Origin: Ophelia neglecta
Lineage: Eukaryota
Direction: 5' to 3'
Assembly (NCBI GenBank): GCA_965285935.1
Contig: OZ260667.1
Location: 61,008,001 to 61,072,000 of the forward strand
Length of the DNA stretch: 64,000 nucleotides
Numbering within the stretch: the first letter of the stretch is position 1; the number at the start of each line of letters is the position of its first letter. Positions 60,901 through 64,000 of this stretch are shown piece by piece. The position numbers and the translations under genes are program-made. Under the pieces are notes generated by a model. The model searched no databases and was not told where the DNA came from. It saw nothing but the letters and a program-made list of their open reading frames with translations.

Positions 60901-63900
60901 TTGAATGAAGGGTACTTTGTACAGTCCCGACCGAGTTAACATGGGGATATCAGAAGACGGGATTTGGGAATTAACAGCATATCTAAATTGAGAATTAAGG
61001 GCAAGTTTGTTGCTCCCTTGACCATAAAATATCTGAATTTAGGGCAATGAAGCTCTGAGGTGTTAGTTTACATGTTAATGTACTTCATCTCCTGCTTGAC
61101 ATTGCTAGATGTTAAAGCACCACTTTCTGACTTAACAATTCAAATTGCATATCAGTAAATCTTTGATGTGTCCCTTTGGTTGTGAATGTAAGCGAAAACA
61201 ATGATTGCACTTGGAAATTATCATTACAAGTTAGCATACTCTTTGTTACCATATGCCCTTGATTTTGATAGACAAATAACCAGGTATTTAAAGAATGGGC
61301 AGTCTTGACGTTGATGGCATTTTTACATTAAAGGGAAATATGCTCAGTCAGCGTTCTTAATTCGCAGATTCTTTTGTACAACAAATACAGTGTATCTATA
61401 ATCATATCTCATCACGTACGAATTTCGACAAAGCATTTCTTAGGTGTTCCTAACGAATTTAGGGTATAAAAATATACAAGAAGAAAAAATCTCCATCGAA
61501 GGCAGCACTCAGCTGGATATCAATTGCACCTATCATGAGAAGGTACGGGTTTGCCTATGAGCTTAAAAACGTTGATATAGAATCCGCATTAATATTCTAA
61601 TTAACTTAAATTTTACGCGGCTTCATTTATCTCTTCATACCATGACTTCAATATTACTGTTAATGTCTTTTCTCTATTCCCTGCCTCTGTCTCCCTAAAG
61701 GATAATTTAACATAGAATGGCTTCGTTACTTTTTGCGCGAAGTATTTAACCTGTCATTGAAAAGAAATGTTTTATTCATAAAATATATACAAAGACTATT
61801 AATAATGCAAATGTCGTAACCATTTATGGCACTATGGCCAATATACAGGTTACTATAAAAATATCACGACCCTTCAAACTTTAAAACGCCTTAATTCATT
61901 ACGTCTAAATGTAACTCTATAATTCAAAATGCACAAACACTAGTTACCCTAGACTAATATCAATAATAAAAACACTTTTATATTGTTGGAGATTTCTTTT
62001 AACAGTGTGATAGTACTTCTCAACTAGGTACATTGTAACAGTAAAATGATATCATTAAATTTGTTTACACCTTTCTCTCCATAAGGGGGATTTACAGACG
62101 TTCTTTTTAAATGGTGAATTACTTTTGCCCCAAATAGAATTTTGCCTTATTATTTTACGGGAACTAGAGACTTTTAATACTTTAACTTTGTAAATTGTAA
62201 ATTGTACTTGAACAATAAATTCCAGAAAGGAAGATGGGTGTCATTATCCTCCCTAGTTGTAAACACATTTTCAGTTCACCTGGGTAGTTGAACCGAGCCT
62301 TAAGCATCACTGTCGAATCGCCTTCCATTGAATCAATACGATTTTAGCGTTGTGATCTGTAAAAAATGGGTTTATGAAACAAGACATTCAAGCGAAAATT
62401 GACAAGTCCCTGACTGTATCAATAAACCAACTAGCGTTTCCCCAAACTCAAACTCAAACAAAGTAAATTAAGTTCAAAACGTACAAGAGCCATTTTTGCT
62501 TGGTTTGCACTAAGTGTCTCATATAGAGTGTCTTAAATAATAGATAAAATGGTAAACCGTTTTCATCGAACAAATTTGGCGTATTGGTCCTCGTCTTAGT
62601 ATTTGTAGAGTGGTAGGGGTAGGGAAGGTTGACGTAATCAAAGAAGGTAGCGTTTTATCAAGGCACTGAATAGGTTTCTCTGTGGCAATGTTTCTCAAAA
62701 GATTAATTGAATATAACTTCCCGATGCGGGATTAGGGTAGATTAGGCGGAGGCGCCAGTTGATTTAATATAAGCGGCTACCTCTTGGTAGTAGATCAGAA
62801 CCGCAGCTGGCTGGATTTGTCAACATTTCAAGAGGTCTATGTATGTTTATAAGTGAATATTCCAACCAACAATTGGATTTTTGACAAATTGTCTTTGAAG
62901 ACACTTATTTCGGAGTTTCGGCACACATCTAATGTAATGGCTTAGTATAAAGGAATCAGAATGATGTACTGCTATCACACAATACACATGGCGCGGAAGA
63001 CCCTATTATCATAATTCTTAAAAACACGGACAGCAATGCACCAAGGAATGGAAAAGTTGTTTGTGTGCCTGCTATCTACAGTTTCTGTATGCCTGAAGAA
63101 CTGAACCTTTTTTTCTCCATTATGGAAATATCAAGCCACTTTGTTCTAAAAGAACAAACAGTAAAAAAAAATATCAGAAAAAAGTATACCAAATTTGATA
63201 TATGTCATAGGACCAATAAGACATAGGCAAGCTTTGTATCCATTTATTATGAATATGTCCGGAGAGTGGATCCCCTGTTGCTGTTGGTAATCGCGGGAAA
63301 GAGGAAACATGTTTGGTCTGTTACTTCTGGTGATTGGTTATAAATGCATCAAGATTCTCAACATGTCATTGGCTTGCACTCCATAACACCGGTTGAAAAA
63401 GAAGGTCAATATTTTGCTACAATCACATATATTTCTTTGATATCCCTATATTATTTTGTATTTCTCTTTATTAGCTAACATCTGTCTAATAATTGTTATT
63501 GCCGTTACTACGCCACGGCATAAGGTGCTTCAATCCAACGATTGTATGATCTACGCAGGCCCATATGTCTCATAGATACTGCGGTGGTAAAACTACAAAA
63601 TAAGCAAGTGAGGCCAGATATAAATAGCTAAAAGATTATTCAATTTCAATGGAATTAGGCCTCACAATGAAAAAAAGTTGCTTTCAGAGCAGCATTACAA
63701 TGGGAATTAAGATTTATGGATGGCGGATTGTTACTCCCAAAAACCCATAAAACATATACCTCCTCAATCCGTGAGAGCCGTCCAAGCAACTTTTGTGTGA
63801 GTAGTCATATTGAAAATAACAGGAATGGATGCTGATCATGTTTATGAATGTGTTTTCGCTGTTAAGAAATGTGCATTGCAATAACATCAAAGCAGTGCTG

Positions 63901-64000
63901 ACTAGCCATAGCCGTGTATCATTATTAGGGACACAATGAGAACCCAGCTTCTCCACAACCTGCTATCATTAATAACATTATGACAGACCAGTTCTGTCTC

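Overview
Eukaryotic (metazoan) genomic DNA, not prokaryotic. It has GT-AG introns, a tRNA-derived SINE, non-LTR retrotransposons and MITEs; the repeat repertoire suggests a lophotrochozoan such as a mollusc, which is an inference. One host gene is well supported, on the + strand and 5'-incomplete. Four phase-compatible exons (5744-6149, 6532-8036, 10145-10272, 11301-11474) join into a 736-aa open frame of about 17 ankyrin repeats followed by a C-terminal CARD (death-fold) domain. The ORF track misses the CARD because an intron splits it. The intron between the ANK and CARD parts holds an in-frame stop, a duplicated splice donor, an AATAAA signal and a CCAAT/ETS promoter-like element, and the CARD exon starts with its own ATG. 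The locus may therefore yield ANK-only, CARD-only and fused products; this is the most interesting candidate system here. The remaining ~50 kb is gene-poor. It holds a near-intact CR1/L2-group LINE ORF2 (48016-50892, - strand), a second LINE 3' remnant, a SINE, several MITEs, a degenerate hammerhead-like motif, at least 10 unrelated tandem repeat arrays and old local duplications. Most short ORFs in the track are repeat artefacts. No CRISPR array, rRNA or genuine tRNA was found. All calls are by eye; no database searches were run.
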